Below, piece after piece: positions 62,661 through 64,000 of a stretch of DNA of 64,000 bases; position 1 is the stretch's first letter, and each line of letters opens with the position of its first letter. The translations under genes and the position numbers were made by a program. The stretch comes from Yuukianura sp. NJ FZ-2021 (lineage: Eukaryota): positions 7,688,001 through 7,752,000 of the forward strand of contig CM102290.1 in the NCBI GenBank assembly GCA_046563655.1. The letters are read 5' to 3'. A model generated the notes under the pieces. That model made no database searches. It was not told the origin of the DNA and saw only the letters and a program-made list of their open reading frames with translations.

Positions 62661-64000
62661 GTAAGTCCATTCCAAGTGCCGTTTCAATTAATCCAAGTCC
62701 ATGGACCCACTTTCCAAGCACTTTGGCACTTGCTCACTTCCTCTCCAGAGGCAAAGGAGTTATTAATGCAAAAGCTCCCCTCTGCTTGAATGTCATTTCC
62801 GGCCTATGCGCTCCACTAAACAAATTGCCAATTAAAAACCACGTCTAAAACGCCTTCCTTTGGCCTCGAGAGTCGATGGAACCGGAGAGGCACTTTCTTA
62901 CTGTCAATATTTTCACTAATTTTGAAACGTTGACGTACATCCACCAGGCATGTTTTAATCACTTTGAAGTTTTTAAATTCCAGGTTGACTTACTCAGCCC
63001 AGATTAATTTCCTGTTTTCTTAGGCGACCGCCAGTCACGCACTGTTTTTGTAAAGCTTTTAACATGTGCGGTTCAAGTCAAAGAGAAAGTTAAACTAAAC
63101 TGAGCTAACTTTTGAGAATTCCAAATTAAAGTTAATGAAATGGTCGGTTCCATCCAGTTATCTCCCTCTGCGGTGCAATTTCGAAGTTTGAAAGTTTGTC
63201 TCAAAGTACAACGTAAGTAAAGAAATCTTTTGCGAGAAACTGTCCCTTCCAGTCACTTCAACCGAAAAATTCTTGCTAAACTTTCACTTTTGTCATTTTG
63301 TGTTTGTTTCAAACAAGTTGAGGTTCTGATTACCAAGAAGTTTAAGTCAAATGTGGCAGGTTGAAAGGAGAGAACCAACAACGTTCCAGTAAAAGCTAAA
63401 CTTTGACAAAGTAAACATGAGAGATGACAGAGGACCCTACGGCCAGATTCATTCCACAGCTTTTAGAAGAAACGACTTTCCGAGAAAGAGCTACTTGTTC
63501 TAGTACTAGCATAACCTCACGTTCAGAAATGTTGATGGACAGGCGAGGGCCTCGCTTTCACCGTGTCTTTCCAAAGGCAGCTCCAGAAAGTAGCTCATCC
63601 CGTTCCAAAAGTCATTGTTTGAAGAAGCATAAGTGGAAGGGAAGTGGATGAGGAGCGAGGGCTTTTGCGAAAACAAGCGACTTGGCATCATAGGATGGCA
63701 TTTGTCCATAATGAACTTTCAGGCTCCGAGCACTGGAAGCTGGGACTGGAGCGCTGGGAGCCTGTCGCTGCTAAATATGGCATTTGCCGGTTTGCCTTTT
63801 ATCTCCTCCTTCCAAGTCCTACTCCCTTGTCACTCCTGTCATGCCCATCTTCATGTAGTTCATAAGGCCTCACAGCATCCTTTTCCCCGTCAACATTTCA
63901 GAATTGTGCGACTTCCACTTTCGCCAGTTTCCGAACTTTGACAATTGGACTTGGAGTCTCAAGTCTAGCTTTTTCTGTCTCAAAAACCCTGTGACACGTT

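Noticed and set aside
63024..63941. Further alpha4 cytoplasmic-loop exons (a 26-nt candidate at 63024-63049 and the short ORFs after it)
   Set aside because: No similarity to the alpha3 loop (VRTC.GLELR) or to TM4, and the phase cannot be verified because the gene runs off the window.
1..64000. tRNA, rRNA or snRNA genes
   Set aside because: None recognisable by eye; tRNAscan-SE or Infernal would be needed to exclude them.

Overview
AT-rich, intron-containing eukaryotic DNA from an arthropod; there are no prokaryotic operons or CRISPR arrays. The cytosolic, bacterial-type UGTs suggest an acariform mite, but that is an inference. Genes were rebuilt by hand from GT-AG junctions. In order: a LysM-domain (LYSMD1/2-like) gene at ~0.6-3.0 kb; a convergent acidic repeat-protein gene at 3.3-5.1 kb; a candidate small secreted-peptide precursor at 9.4-11.2 kb; an internally deleted Tc4/Tc5-type DNA transposon with ~270-bp TIRs and a TCA duplication at 12.3-13.7 kb; ~16 kb with no recognisable gene; a complete nicotinic acetylcholine receptor alpha3-like gene at 29.5-37.7 kb; two tandem UDP-glycosyltransferases at 48.5-52.7 kb (the first frameshifted), bracketed by Helentron/HINE-like repeats; and an alpha4-like nAChR gene from 55.4 kb running off the window end. 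The most unusual signals are: (i) the alpha4 agonist-binding loop C residues EPYL sit on a 12-nt micro-exon whose acceptor is GG, not AG; (ii) horizontally-acquired-type detoxification UGTs that have introns and Ser in place of the usual catalytic His lie between two nAChR genes; (iii) a peptide-precursor-like gene missed by the ORF track.
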